Of a stretch of DNA of 64,000 nucleotides, positions 8,852 to 19,554 are shown piece after piece. This DNA is from Planctomycetota bacterium (GTDB lineage: Bacteria > Planctomycetota > SZUA-567 > H5-PLA8), in the NCBI GenBank assembly GCA_038227875.1, contig JBBRPR010000044.1:9569-73568 (forward strand). Reading direction: 5' to 3'. Position numbers and translations under genes: made by a program. The number at the start of each line of letters is the position of its first letter. Positions within the stretch are counted from its first letter, which is position 1. The notes below the pieces were generated by a model. The model ran no database searches. It was not told where the DNA came from and was given only the letters and a program-made list of their open reading frames with translations.

Positions 8852-11800
8852 TTATTTGCTTTCCGCTTCGATCGTCGCCGCGACGGCTTCGCGGAGCCGC
8901 TCGAGATCATCCTCAGACAACTTGCCGAATGTGAATCCGGAATGGCCATCGGGGTTGTCGGCGTGGCGCGTGAGCGCTTGCAGCACCTGGTCGCGGTCCC
9001 AGCCCTTGCATCGGGCGAGGAGATTTAGGTATTCAATGTCCTGCTGCGCGCGGCGCATCGCTTTCATGCGCAGACCGGCGATTGGACCGTCGTAGCTCTT
9101 GCCCGTTCCGGCGAAATTCTTGCCGGTGTAATAGATGCTTAAGTCGCTGAATTTTTTCCACGCGTCGCCTTCGCCAAAATTCGCCCAATACGGCAGCACG
9201 CCCACGCAGCCCCAACTGTAGCGATGGTAGAAATTCCGAATCTGGTTTCCGGTGGGATCGTTAATGCCGATTCCCAGTCCGTAATTCCACCATTTCTCGT
9301 CGGGCAGCATCTTCTGGCGAACCAGCGCCGTCGACGCCACTTCGCTCAGGAAACTGCAGTCCCACAGATTGCAAAGCCCGTCCCACAGTCCGCGGACCAT
9401 GTGTGGATTGGAAATATCCGTGCGGTACTGCACGCGCACGTTGGTGACGCCGGACGCTTCGACGCCACGCTTCGCCAGCCCCAGGAAATACCGGTTCGCG
9501 TCCATGTCGTCGAAATCGACGGGCTCGTCGAGCAGCCAATAACAGCGCCCATTGGGTTTATTTCCACCGCCGACAATCGGATCGACGAAAAAGCTGCATT
9601 TGTAATAATACTTATTGTTGAGGAAGAATTGGAACGCCGTTTTCGACCAGCCTTTTGATGAGAAATGTTTGATCAATTCACTCACAACACTCCTGAATCC
9701 ATCGACGTACGGTTTCTCGATGGACTCGTCGAGCCGCCGGCTTTTCTTCGCCCATGCGCCAAATTCCGGGCGCGTGGGAACGTCGGCCTTGTCCTGATAA
9801 TACGTATCGAGATTCATCGGCCAGTTCTCATGCACGGGCAGATAAAACTGCTCGATCGGCGTATTCATGCCCGGCCCGCGGTATCCGGCGGCCTCGGAAA
9901 ATGCCGAGCCGTCGAAGAGCGGCCCGAAGCGGGCATCCCATGCCGCCCAGTCGGTGACGTGGCGCTCCGCGCCGTCGCCATCCAGCGGCGGCGCCGCGTT
10001 CTCGCTGATCCGTCCGGAATGCGAATACCGCAGAATATTCAGCGTCATGCGGTGCTGATGAGCCAATTGGTAATACCGCCGCTCAATCAGGGCGTGGCGT
10101 TCCGGCTCGCGGCCAAGATCCACGCCCGCGAAGCTGCCGATTCCGGAATACGTATTGAGCTCCACCGGAAACGAGATCTCGTCAGGCACCGCGAAGGATC
10201 GGACGTGAAGCGAAATATTCAGCGTCGCCGGTTTTTCCAAGGAGCTGCTGCCGATCTGAATCGTGCCTGTGTAGTCGCCCGGCGTAGCGTCTTTCGGCAC
10301 GTAGAGGTCAATCCAAACCGCTTGATTGGTCTGCGCCGCACCGACCGGATCGGACGGGATGCTGAACGCATCCGTAAACGGCGCAGTTGCGGTCAGCGGG
10401 ATGCAGGCATCGGGCAGCCAGCGCTTGGTCTTCTCGTCGGCAACGAGATACCACTCGCGAAAGAGTTCAATGTTCTTTGACGCGGAGATTGTGGCGCCGC
10501 CCGGGCCCTGCAGATCGGAGAGGTTGATCTTCACGTCCTTAAGTTCCGCCGCGAGACGCTGAAGGATCAACTGAAACGCGACGACTTCATTGCGCGCAGC
10601 GCGCAGTCGCACAATCTTTTCAGCGCCGGACCAGACGCCATTGGACGAATCGGCTGGAGCGGTGCTCGCTGGATCGACCTTGGCCAGATCGGAGACCGCC
10701 CACACGCCGAGCTTTTTCTCGAAGCTCGCGGCTTCATTCGTCGCTGGCTTGGCGGCGGCGGGAATGTCAACGAACGCCCGCTGTGTCGGACGTGGAATAT
10801 ACACGCCAATATCGCTGTCGGGTCCTTCATTGCCCGCATTGTCTATGGCATGAATTCTGACGTCGCATTCACTTGGTCCCGACAGCGTCATAAGCCGGAT
10901 CGTCTGCCGCAGCCCACTCTGTGTTGGAATCGGCAGCGAATAACGCGGGACTCGTCTATAAACTTTACCTTCTCCACACATGACGGAGACGTCGTACGCC
11001 AGCGCCGTACCCTGATCGCCATTGTCCCCCGGCGCAACAAAGCTGATCGAGACAATTCCCGTGGCCGGTTCGACGCTCGCGATTTTCAGATCGCCGATCA
11101 ACCCCGGCGGCGTTTTGTCGGTGGCTTCGCCGGTAACTTCGAGCTTCGGCGCCAGCGCGCCGTTTTTGGCGTGGCGCGAGTAGATCTGCATTTCAAACGA
11201 CGGATCGTACGTGTACGGCTTGGGATTCTTGTCGAGCATCGCCGCTTCGGCGACCTGACCTTTATCATCGGTCAGCACAATTCCATACGAAACGCCCGCG
11301 GACATCGCGTAGACCAGCGCCGGATCGACCGGAATTTTCAGCCAGCGGATGCCGTCCTTGTCGGTGTAGCGCGCAAGTTGATTAGGTCCTGCGTGCGAGT
11401 AGCGCAGCGCGGGGTGGAGCCATGTGACGCTGTACAGCCCGCTGTCCGGCCACGCCCACCAATTCGCATCCGTGGGCTTCTGGCCGGCAGCGGGCGAGGC
11501 GCGAAAATTCCAGCACGGCGCGCCGGGTTCGACTTGCCCGTCGACCGTCGGTTCGCGCCAGTCGCTGGCGACGGAGCAGATCCCGACGCCGTACAGATCG
11601 TCCTTGGCCATCGCCACATGCAGGAACGCCTGCGAAATCGTCCATCCGTGGATGTCTTTCGTGTCGAACTTCAACAGGATCGTCTTGTTTTCAAAACCCG
11701 ACCAATTCTGATTCTGCCGGATCGCCAGTGTCTCGCCGGATCCCCACGACAGGTCCATGTCATGGCCTTTGTTCGTCCCCGGCCGGATCGACGAAATCCC

Positions 11801-11887
11801 CGCATTGGCAGTCACTGGAAGCGTGACGGATTCTGCATGCGCCGCGTGAAACACCACAAAAATCGCGAGCAGATAAAAGCGTTGCAT
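8852..11887 (-). CDS. Large secreted multidomain glycoside-hydrolase-like protein (DUF4091/GH123-like C-terminal half, FN3-like middle)
   Basis: Signal peptide MQRFYLLAIF...AHA. FN3-like DKTPPG...APGDNG...DNAGN segment. Motifs LRAARNEVVAFQ, VWIDLYVPKDATPGDYTG, DEP and LRMKAMRRAQQDIEY. Confidence 0.7.
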   Translation of the reverse strand: MQRFYLLAIFVVFHAAHAESVTLPVTANAGISSIRPGTNKGHDMDLSWGSGETLAIRQNQNWSGFENKTILLKFDTKDIHGWTISQAFLHVAMAKDDLYGVGICSVASDWREPTVDGQVEPGAPCWNFRASPAAGQKPTDANWWAWPDSGLYSVTWLHPALRYSHAGPNQLARYTDKDGIRWLKIPVDPALVYAMSAGVSYGIVLTDDKGQVAEAAMLDKNPKPYTYDPSFEMQIYSRHAKNGALAPKLEVTGEATDKTPPGLIGDLKIASVEPATGIVSISFVAPGDNGDQGTALAYDVSVMCGEGKVYRRVPRYSLPIPTQSGLRQTIRLMTLSGPSECDVRIHAIDNAGNEGPDSDIGVYIPRPTQRAFVDIPAAAKPATNEAASFEKKLGVWAVSDLAKVDPASTAPADSSNGVWSGAEKIVRLRAARNEVVAFQLILQRLAAELKDVKINLSDLQGPGGATISASKNIELFREWYLVADEKTKRWLPDACIPLTATAPFTDAFSIPSDPVGAAQTNQAVWIDLYVPKDATPGDYTGTIQIGSSSLEKPATLNISLHVRSFAVPDEISFPVELNTYSGIGSFAGVDLGREPERHALIERRYYQLAHQHRMTLNILRYSHSGRISENAAPPLDGDGAERHVTDWAAWDARFGPLFDGSAFSEAAGYRGPGMNTPIEQFYLPVHENWPMNLDTYYQDKADVPTRPEFGAWAKKSRRLDESIEKPYVDGFRSVVSELIKHFSSKGWSKTAFQFFLNNKYYYKCSFFVDPIVGGGNKPNGRCYWLLDEPVDFDDMDANRYFLGLAKRGVEASGVTNVRVQYRTDISNPHMVRGLWDGLCNLWDCSFLSEVASTALVRQKMLPDEKWWNYGLGIGINDPTGNQIRNFYHRYSWGCVGVLPYWANFGEGDAWKKFSDLSIYYTGKNFAGTGKSYDGPIAGLRMKAMRRAQQDIEYLNLLARCKGWDRDQVLQALTRHADNPDGHSGFTFGKLSEDDLERLREAVAATIEAESK

Positions 11888-11988
11888 AGGTACCCCTTTT
11901 AAACGGACATGTGGAGGAAATTGATACTTTACAGTATGGAAAGAGAATCCCAGCTCCAATCTCGATCGCGATCTTTCGAAAGAGTACC

Positions 11989-12894
11989 TCAGACGCCCAT
12001 GGTCAACTGGTACGCCCGCGGCGAAAGACCCATCTCGCTGTGGAAGCGGCGGCTGAAGTATTGCGCGTCGTTGAAGCCCACGGACATCGCGACCTGCTTA
12101 ATGTTCATGCGCGTCGAGAGCAGCCGTTCTTTGGCCACGGCGATTTTGCGCCGCAGAATATACCTGCCGACGGTGAGCCCGGTCTGCGCTTTAAAGATGC
12201 GCGACAGGTACTGCGGATTGATTTCAAGATTGTTGGCCACCTCGTAGAGCGAGAAGTTGATGTTCATTTTCTGCTCGATGAAATCCAGCGCGTGCGCCAC
12301 CAGCAGACCCGAAGAGGACACATCCTGCGGCGCGGCGGTAGCGGAGAGCGCGCGCAGAGTCTCCTGCGAAAGGCATTGCAGGAAGATCAAGAACTGCGCC
12401 TCCGCCGCAATGGCATAACCGTGCTCGGCGGTGCGCTGGAAATGATTCACGCGGCGCAGCGTTTCCAGCAGGACAGTGTTGTTGCGCACGGCCAGTTTGT
12501 CCGGCAGATGCAGTATCCGCGAAAAACCCGACGTCCACGCGTCCATGCGTGAAAGCCGCGACGCCCAGTCGCTCAGACCGGTAATCGTTTTGCTCGCCGC
12601 TACGCGTCCAAAATCAAAATGGCAATGCAGTAACGAGACCGGCCGCTCCGAGCGATGGATGCCAAATTTCTGCCCCGGATAATTCAGGAAGATCTCGCCC
12701 TTTCTGATGACATCGTCCTTGCCTTCGACCACGACAGATAACTCGCTGCCGGTGACGTAGAACAATTCGTATTCCGTCGAAACGCGCGGGGCCATGCCCC
12801 ATGTCGGCTCCGCAATCACGCTCATCAACCGGCTGACATTCAGCGAAATTCCCGGTGCCGGCAGATCGACTGTCAAAATCCGATTCGTGATCAT
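11989..12894 (-). CDS. AraC-family transcriptional regulator
   Basis: N-terminal cupin-like region and C-terminal double HTH: YLSRIFKAQTG...IKQVAMSVGFNDAQYFSRRF...GLSPRAY. Confidence 0.95.
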   Translation of the reverse strand: MITNRILTVDLPAPGISLNVSRLMSVIAEPTWGMAPRVSTEYELFYVTGSELSVVVEGKDDVIRKGEIFLNYPGQKFGIHRSERPVSLLHCHFDFGRVAASKTITGLSDWASRLSRMDAWTSGFSRILHLPDKLAVRNNTVLLETLRRVNHFQRTAEHGYAIAAEAQFLIFLQCLSQETLRALSATAAPQDVSSSGLLVAHALDFIEQKMNINFSLYEVANNLEINPQYLSRIFKAQTGLTVGRYILRRKIAVAKERLLSTRMNIKQVAMSVGFNDAQYFSRRFHSEMGLSPRAYQLTMGV

Positions 12895-13056
12895 TCCGGC
12901 TCTGTCCCCCTGTGAAGCGACGTGAAAAAGTCATAATCGTCCACATCTTCTCCCGTTTCCAATAGGCGTCAAGAGCTACCCCAGTCGTCTACACTCAAGT
13001 GCAATCAATCCGCTTCCGCGGAACGAGGAACAGGGCTCAACCTAGAGGATTATGCA

Positions 13057-16000
13057 ATGGTACGGAGATTCAGTGCGCTGGCAGTGGGAGTACTGTTGGG
13101 AGCGATCGTTCTCGCCGGTCCGGTCGTGCGGGCGGCGGATGTCACGGTTAACGTGGATACCACCCAACCCCGGCAGACGTGGTTCGGATTCGGCTGCACG
13201 CATGAGTCCCAGATCTTTGGCCCCACCGATACGCTGACGGCGTCCCAGCGCGCGCGGTTTGTGGACATGCTTTTCAACCAGGTTCAAATCCGCACCGGGC
13301 AGATCATCAGCGCGCTGGAATCGCCCCAAAGCACCGGCGTGAACTTCTTTGGCGGTCTGGCCAACGACGACAGCGACCCGCAGAACATCAACTGGAGCGG
13401 CTTCAACACCTTCAAGTCCGATGAATTCAAACGCACCGTGGTCGACTTGGCGCCCGCCAGTGCCACGGGGGATCTGTACCCGGACGTGCAAATCAACACG
13501 AAGAATTTCTCCAAATGGATGAATCCCCTTCGGACATCGAACTACAATCTGTTTCTGGATGAATGTGCCGAACAGGTGCTGGCACAAGTCATCAATTTCA
13601 AGAACACCTACGGCCGCGAACCGCAATACGCTCACCTCTTCAACGAACCCACCTCCGGTAATGGTGAATTGACCGGTGGAACCGATGCCATCATCACGGA
13701 TATCGTCAAACGCTGCGGAGACCGCCTGCGCGCCAATAATTTCAATCTGGTTAAATTTGTGGTGGCGTCGCAGGAGACGGAAGAGAAATCGCTGGCCACG
13801 GTGCAGGCTGTTCTCGCCGATCCCAATGCGGCGAAGTACGTCGGCGCCATCGGCTTTCATCCCTATCCCTACGGATCGACCTATTCGTACATTCCCAATA
13901 TCTTGAATACGTCGGGCAAAGGGAATCCTTCTGCGTCGCGCATCGCCGTTCGCAATCAACTTCGCGATCTGGGAAAAGCCAACGGAATCCCCGTGTGGAT
14001 GACAGAAGTGTCGCATGGATATTATGGAAGCACCAACCCCGCCAATATGGATAGTTTTGACGGCGCACGCGGCCGGGCCATCCACATTCACGACGAAATG
14101 CTCTATGCGGAAGTCGCCTCCTATTTTGGCATGGAAAGCGGCTGGAGCGATCAGGCCAGCACGCTTCACGGCGGCGTCACGCCGTTGGGTGAAAACCCCG
14201 ACGACATTGTGTATATCGATCAGAGCCTCGACCGCGTCTACATCACCGGCATGGGGCGAGCCATCGGACACTATGCGCGTTTCATCAAGAAAGGCGCGCA
14301 GATCCTGCCTTCGACCAGCACGAACGCGCTGGTTCAAGTCACGGCGGCACGAGACACGGCCGCCAATACCCTGGCGTTGGTCGTCATCAATAACGATGCG
14401 GTCGCTCATACCATTGCCGTCAACCTCACCGGCATGAGTCTGGGGGGTAACGTCACGGGTGAACAATCCACCGCCGCCGCGTTCTGGCAAACGGTCACGC
14501 CTTTTGCAACCAGCGGCGCGGGTTACACAGTGACCGTTCCGGCGCTCAGCATCACATCCTTGTCTGCGGCGGGAAATTCTCCGGTGCTGACGTCGATCAC
14601 AGTCACGCCGACGCCCTTCACGATGAATATTTCGACGACGAAGCAATTCACCGCCGTGGCCAAAGACCAGTTCGGCAACGCGATGGTACCTCAGCCCACA
14701 TTCACCTGGACGGCTACCGGCGGCACGGTCAATTCGACGGGGCTCTATTCGGCAGGCACCTCGGCAGGAACATTCGCCGTAACGGCGAGCAGCGGTGCAA
14801 TCAGTGGAAGCGCAGCGGTGACGCTGCAGATTCCGCTGGTGCTGACGTCGATCACCGTCACGCCGACGCCCTTCACGATGAACACCTCGACGACGAAGCA
14901 ATTCACCGCCGTGGCCAAAGACCAGTTCGGCAACGCGATGGTACCTCAGCCCACATTCACCTGGACGGCCACCGGCGGCACGGTCAATTCGACGGGGCTC
15001 TATTCGGCAGGCACCTCGGCGGGAACGTTCGCCGTAACGGCGAGCAGCGGTGTCATCAGTGGAAGCGCAGTGGTGACGCTGCAGATTCCGCTGGTGTTTA
15101 CCTCGATCGTGGTTACGCCCACACCCTTCACGATGAATATTTCGACATCGAAGCAATTCACCGCCGTGGCCAAGGACCAGTTCGGCAACGCGATGGTGCC
15201 TCAGCCCACATTCACATGGACGGCCACCGGCGGCACGGTCAGCGCGACGGGACTTTATTCAGCAGGTGCGTCGGCTGGAACGTTCGCCGTGAAAGCCACG
15301 AGCGGTGCGATCAACGGCAGTGCAGCGATAACGTTGCAGAACCCGCCCGTGCTGACCACGATTATCGTCACGCCGTCAACCGCCACGCTCGCGCCAGGCG
15401 CGACCAGGCAATTCACAGCCATCGCCAACGATCAGTTCGGCGTGGCGTTGGTGCCTCAGCCGGCATTCATTTGGACCACGACCACCGGCGCCATTTCAGT
15501 AAGCGGGTTGTTCACGACGCCGGCTTCGGGCGCTGCCACAGTGACGGCCAGCTCCGGAGGCAAGTCCGGCACAGCCAGCGTCGTGGTTGCCAAGTCGCCG
15601 ACGATCGATTCCCCGCCGACGATTCCCGGCACGGTCACCTCCGGTGAACCCATCACGATCACCACCGGAGCGACCGACCCATCGGGCGGCACGCTGACCT
15701 ATCAATGGAATTTCGGCGACGGCGGCACGGGTTCCGGCAGCACCGTGACCTACACATACAACACACCCGGCACGTACACGCTCACGCTGACCGTGACCAG
15801 CAGTACCGGGGTCAGCACCACGATGACAGTTCCGGTCGTCGTGAGCCCCCCGAATTCCAATGGGGGTGGCGGTGGTGGCGGCGGCGCCACTCCGCTGGTG
15901 CCGATGACCTTCTCGAAAATGCTTGGCAGTATGAGCTTCATCGCGCAGGGGAAGGATTCGACTGCCTTCTCCGGCGTGATTCCCAATCTGCCGGCGGGTT

Positions 16001-16344
16001 TCAATCCGGCTGGCGTGCCACTAACGCTGAAGGTTGGCTTGGCGATCGTGCAGTTTACGCTCGATAAGAGCGGTCGGGCGAAGAACGCGCAAGGCTCGAT
16101 CCAACTGACGCTAAAACAGAGCAAGCGCGACCCTAAGACAAAAACATCCGCATTCATCGGCGGAAACGCCGCGGTGAAGGGCAAGCTGCAGCACGGCACG
16201 TGGTCGCAAGCCTGGGGCTTCAACCCGCTGGCCCCCGCCCCATCAACCGTAGCGCTGGAAATCGACGTCAACGGTGTGAACTACGGCGCCACAGTCACCA
16301 TCGTCTCGAAGATGAACACGAAATCGGCGAAGTTCAAACACTGA
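13057..16344 (+). CDS. Secreted clan GH-A (GH30-like) glycoside hydrolase with four Ig-like repeats, a PKD domain and a C-terminal domain
   Basis: Signal peptide. FNEP (acid/base) and PVWMTE (nucleophile) motifs, GFHPY, GHYARFI. Four ~85-aa repeats. PKD motif YQWNFGDG...YNTPGTY. Confidence 0.85.
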   Translation: MVRRFSALAVGVLLGAIVLAGPVVRAADVTVNVDTTQPRQTWFGFGCTHESQIFGPTDTLTASQRARFVDMLFNQVQIRTGQIISALESPQSTGVNFFGGLANDDSDPQNINWSGFNTFKSDEFKRTVVDLAPASATGDLYPDVQINTKNFSKWMNPLRTSNYNLFLDECAEQVLAQVINFKNTYGREPQYAHLFNEPTSGNGELTGGTDAIITDIVKRCGDRLRANNFNLVKFVVASQETEEKSLATVQAVLADPNAAKYVGAIGFHPYPYGSTYSYIPNILNTSGKGNPSASRIAVRNQLRDLGKANGIPVWMTEVSHGYYGSTNPANMDSFDGARGRAIHIHDEMLYAEVASYFGMESGWSDQASTLHGGVTPLGENPDDIVYIDQSLDRVYITGMGRAIGHYARFIKKGAQILPSTSTNALVQVTAARDTAANTLALVVINNDAVAHTIAVNLTGMSLGGNVTGEQSTAAAFWQTVTPFATSGAGYTVTVPALSITSLSAAGNSPVLTSITVTPTPFTMNISTTKQFTAVAKDQFGNAMVPQPTFTWTATGGTVNSTGLYSAGTSAGTFAVTASSGAISGSAAVTLQIPLVLTSITVTPTPFTMNTSTTKQFTAVAKDQFGNAMVPQPTFTWTATGGTVNSTGLYSAGTSAGTFAVTASSGVISGSAVVTLQIPLVFTSIVVTPTPFTMNISTSKQFTAVAKDQFGNAMVPQPTFTWTATGGTVSATGLYSAGASAGTFAVKATSGAINGSAAITLQNPPVLTTIIVTPSTATLAPGATRQFTAIANDQFGVALVPQPAFIWTTTTGAISVSGLFTTPASGAATVTASSGGKSGTASVVVAKSPTIDSPPTIPGTVTSGEPITITTGATDPSGGTLTYQWNFGDGGTGSGSTVTYTYNTPGTYTLTLTVTSSTGVSTTMTVPVVVSPPNSNGGGGGGGGATPLVPMTFSKMLGSMSFIAQGKDSTAFSGVIPNLPAGFNPAGVPLTLKVGLAIVQFTLDKSGRAKNAQGSIQLTLKQSKRDPKTKTSAFIGGNAAVKGKLQHGTWSQAWGFNPLAPAPSTVALEIDVNGVNYGATVTIVSKMNTKSAKFKH
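14584..15590 (+). repeat. Intragenic tandem repeat with 255-bp period (Ig-like/Big domain); about four copies
   Basis: Units start at 14584, 14839, 15094 and 15349. The first three are nearly identical at DNA level and the fourth has diverged. Confidence 0.9.
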
Positions 16345-16386
16345 GTACCGCAGGCTTCCAGTCAGCAAAAATTGTAAATCGCAGAC

Positions 16387-16423
16387 ATGTCCGGGCGCGC
16401 GCAAGCCGCCCGGACATTTTTTT
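16387..16423 (+). terminator. Rho-independent terminator
   Basis: ATGTCCGGGCG/CGCCCGGACAT stem followed by a T-run, downstream of the GH gene. Confidence 0.8.
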
Positions 16424-16540
16424 GGATGAAATAGATTCAAAACATTGAAAAAGTTTCCGAGAAGGTTCGCACGTGCGCGGAATTCAAAGAGATTCGATTC
16501 GGCTTTCGCCTGATCTTGATGTTAATATGAAATCGATCGC

Positions 16541-17767
16541 ATGACGGCGTATATCCCAATTGCCATTGTTAACGAGCGAGAACATATGGACGGTAGCGAG
16601 GCCGCAAGCCCCGGTAACCCGGATGTAACACCAGCGCCGCGGAGCCCCGCTGTCGTCACAGGTGTTGTTCCTCCGCGTCCATCTATGATCGTGTCGCTGG
16701 TTTCGGAATTCTCCGGCCCGCTCTCCGCGGCCGACCTGGCGCTTTTTGCGGAATTGCTGGTGGGTCTGGTGCGCGCGAAACTACCACTGCCGGAAGCACT
16801 CCGACTGCTCGCGCGCGACGCGGACAGCCGGCGCTTGCGCGAGAGCCTCTCCGCCGTCGAAAAGGACGTCGCCTCCGGCACGCCGCTGGGCGAAGCCCTG
16901 CGCCGCCGCGAACGCGATTTCCCGCCGCTCTTCACACGCCTGATCGATCAGGGCATCGCCTCCAACGATCTCCACGCCGCGCTGGTGGAATTGGTTCGCG
17001 AATTCCGCTCGCAGGCGCGCTTCCGCGAAGCGCTCTGGTCACAGCTGTTGTCGCCCATCGCGACGGCGACCGTGCTGGGAACACTTCTTTTCGTGGTCCT
17101 CTTTTCGCAATTGCCTGTGCTGTATGGCGGTATCTACAAGCAACTGCGCATCGAAATTCCGCTACCCACGCGCTTTGCGTTCTGGGCCAGCGATCTGCTG
17201 CACCGTCCCTCGACTGCAATCGCTGCGCTGGGAGCCTTGGGAATTCTGCTGGCGCTCGCGATCCTGGTCTGCATGCGCGTGAACCTGCGCCGTAATTTTC
17301 AAATGTTCGCGCTCAGTCTCCCCTTTATTGGGCCGTTTCTAAAGGCCATGCTGCTGGGTCGGTTCTGCAGGTTGTTGGGCATCCTGCTACATCGGCGAAT
17401 TCCACTCGACGCGGCGCTGGAATTGACGCGCGATTGCTTTCAGCATCTTCCGATGAACAAGGCGATCGACGTCGCGCTGATACACGTTCGAAACGGAGCG
17501 TGCCTTGAAGAGGCGCTCGGTAACTGCCCGCTCTTTCCGCCGACTCTCCTCCAGTTCGTGGCTGGCGCTCAGCTACATGGCGACTTACCGGAAACTCTCT
17601 TCCGGCTCGCCGATCTGTACGAACAGCGTGGTGAACTGGACGGCGCGCGCGTGCGCTATTTGATTTACGTCGTCGCGCAAATTTCCGTCGGAATTGCTGT
17701 AGCTACGGTCGTCATTTCGTTTCTGTTGCCGATGTTTCGTGTTCATGACATGCTACGGACGAGGTAG
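16541..17767 (+). CDS. Type II secretion/type IV pilus platform protein (GspF/PilC family)
   Basis: Two T2SSF repeats: LALFAELL..LVRAKLPLPEAL...GTPLGEAL...FPP and FCRLLGILL...GDLPETLFRLADLYE. Three TM segments. Start is uncertain. Confidence 0.9.
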   Translation: MTAYIPIAIVNEREHMDGSEAASPGNPDVTPAPRSPAVVTGVVPPRPSMIVSLVSEFSGPLSAADLALFAELLVGLVRAKLPLPEALRLLARDADSRRLRESLSAVEKDVASGTPLGEALRRRERDFPPLFTRLIDQGIASNDLHAALVELVREFRSQARFREALWSQLLSPIATATVLGTLLFVVLFSQLPVLYGGIYKQLRIEIPLPTRFAFWASDLLHRPSTAIAALGALGILLALAILVCMRVNLRRNFQMFALSLPFIGPFLKAMLLGRFCRLLGILLHRRIPLDAALELTRDCFQHLPMNKAIDVALIHVRNGACLEEALGNCPLFPPTLLQFVAGAQLHGDLPETLFRLADLYEQRGELDGARVRYLIYVVAQISVGIAVATVVISFLLPMFRVHDMLRTR

Positions 17768-17773
17768 CATGAA

Positions 17774-19168
17774 ATGATTCCATCTTGCTTCTTCGTGAAG
17801 ACCGCGCTCGCCAGTGCTCCGTCGCTAGGCGAGCGCCTGCACCTGGATGAGCGGGAGGCGCTCATCGTGGGTGTCCTGTTCATGTCTTTTCTACTCGTAT
17901 TGGGATACGTCCTATTGCGTACGCTGGATTACTTTCGCGACCGCGTAAAGCAATTCCAGCCCCTCTTCGACGCCATCGATGACAACTACATCGGAATTGG
18001 GCACTACTGCATTCTGCCGATTGGAATGGGATTGCTCGCGGGATTGCTACTGGGGCCCGGCTGGGGAATCGCCCTGTTTTCATTCTCCGCTGTCATCATG
18101 CTGGTTGCCGATCGCGTGGAAGTGGAGCGGCAGCGCAGACGCGTAGCCGATTTATGTGGGGAGATTGCGCAGGCCATCCGCTGCCGGGTGGCCCTGGATC
18201 GATTTTTCGACACCATTTCCCGTGAGCACTACACCAGCACGTCTCTCAAAAAAGTCGGAGAGCGTCTCCGCGAAGGCAGTCGTCTCAGCTCGGCACTCGG
18301 TGAAACCGACCTTCTGCCCCCCTACGGCATTTTAGCCATACAAGCCGGGGAATCCGCCGGGGGAACTCCGTTGGCCGACATTCTTCAGAACCTGTCGGAA
18401 TCCTTGCGCAGAGAAAACCGGTGCGCGGCCAGTTTATTGACCGCCGGATTAACCCCGCTTGCGGGATGGATAGTGACCTTCGCAATCGGCTGGACCGTCT
18501 TTAATTTAACCTGGTCGAGAATGAATGATATTCGCAGGACCTTGCTCGCCACCTGTCCGCCCGGCTTGTTCATTTCGGACGAATTTGTGCAATACCTACC
18601 GTCACTATCGCTCTGCTTGATCGGCGTCATCCTGATCATCATCAGCTACAAGCGCTCGTTGACGCGCGGAAGCAATCTCAGCGTGTTTGCACGCATCGTG
18701 GCCCGTCTTCCAATCTTCGGAAACCGCCTGCGACACCGCTGCCTTGCTCGCTCTTGTCATGCGTTGGCTGCCATGACGCGAAGCAACGTTCCAATGGGCG
18801 AGGCATTGCGACTGGTCTCCCATTCTGGTTTCTCCGGCCCCTACGGCCTTTCATTCCGAAAACTCGCCACCGATCTCGAAGGCGGTATGCCGATCTCCAC
18901 CGCGTTACAAAGCGCATTCCTGCCGGACACGCTGAAAACTTTGATGCGGAGCGGAGCGGCAGGTGGTGCGCTGGCGGATGCCTTCGCGGTGGCGGCGGAA
19001 TGGCATGATTCCCGCGCGGCGCGCTTGGATCATATTCTCGTCGCGGCAATCCCCTGCCTTGCGATTCCAATTACCGGCCTCCTGGTCGGCGGCGTTTACG
19101 GCTGGTTGTTCTGGTTTCTCACGCTAATTCGTGAAACGGTGATGCGGCACGCGGGGATCTGGCATTGA
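17774..19168 (+). CDS. Second, divergent GspF/PilC-family protein with extra N-terminal TM helices
   Basis: LREGSRLSSAL...IQAGESAG, RLPIFG, LAAMTRSNVPMGEAL, LEGGMPISTAL...SGAAGGALADAF. Confidence 0.8.
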   Translation: MIPSCFFVKTALASAPSLGERLHLDEREALIVGVLFMSFLLVLGYVLLRTLDYFRDRVKQFQPLFDAIDDNYIGIGHYCILPIGMGLLAGLLLGPGWGIALFSFSAVIMLVADRVEVERQRRRVADLCGEIAQAIRCRVALDRFFDTISREHYTSTSLKKVGERLREGSRLSSALGETDLLPPYGILAIQAGESAGGTPLADILQNLSESLRRENRCAASLLTAGLTPLAGWIVTFAIGWTVFNLTWSRMNDIRRTLLATCPPGLFISDEFVQYLPSLSLCLIGVILIIISYKRSLTRGSNLSVFARIVARLPIFGNRLRHRCLARSCHALAAMTRSNVPMGEALRLVSHSGFSGPYGLSFRKLATDLEGGMPISTALQSAFLPDTLKTLMRSGAAGGALADAFAVAAEWHDSRAARLDHILVAAIPCLAIPITGLLVGGVYGWLFWFLTLIRETVMRHAGIWH

Positions 19169-19554
19169 TGCAACGCGCGAACGGTTACACCCTGCTTGAA
19201 GTCATCATCGCACTGGGGCTGCTGGTCACCGTGCTGGCCGCGTCATGGTCGCTGCTCCGATCCGGACAACGCAACGAACGGTTCCTGTGGGATGAATTCA
19301 CCGCCAGCGAACTGGCACTCTCCAATCTCGAACGAGCCATTGCCGCCGATGTTCTCGAACTCACGCCAAGTGACGGCCGCGTTATCGATACACTCAATCC
19401 GCAATTACCTGAACTGAAGATCACCCTCTTCGTCACGTCGAGTGCCGAGCGAAAAGATCTTCGCGACATCCGCGTGACCGTCGCATGGACGGACAATTCC
19501 ACGCACGCCACACGCACGCTCGAACGTGCGGCGCGAAAGCGGGTGTCGCCATGA
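19168..19554 (+). CDS. Minor pseudopilin, GspI/PilV-like
   Basis: Class III signal G|YTLLEVIIAL and C-terminal IRVTVAW. Start overlaps the upstream stop (TGATG). Confidence 0.8.
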   Translation: MQRANGYTLLEVIIALGLLVTVLAASWSLLRSGQRNERFLWDEFTASELALSNLERAIAADVLELTPSDGRVIDTLNPQLPELKITLFVTSSAERKDLRDIRVTVAWTDNSTHATRTLERAARKRVSP

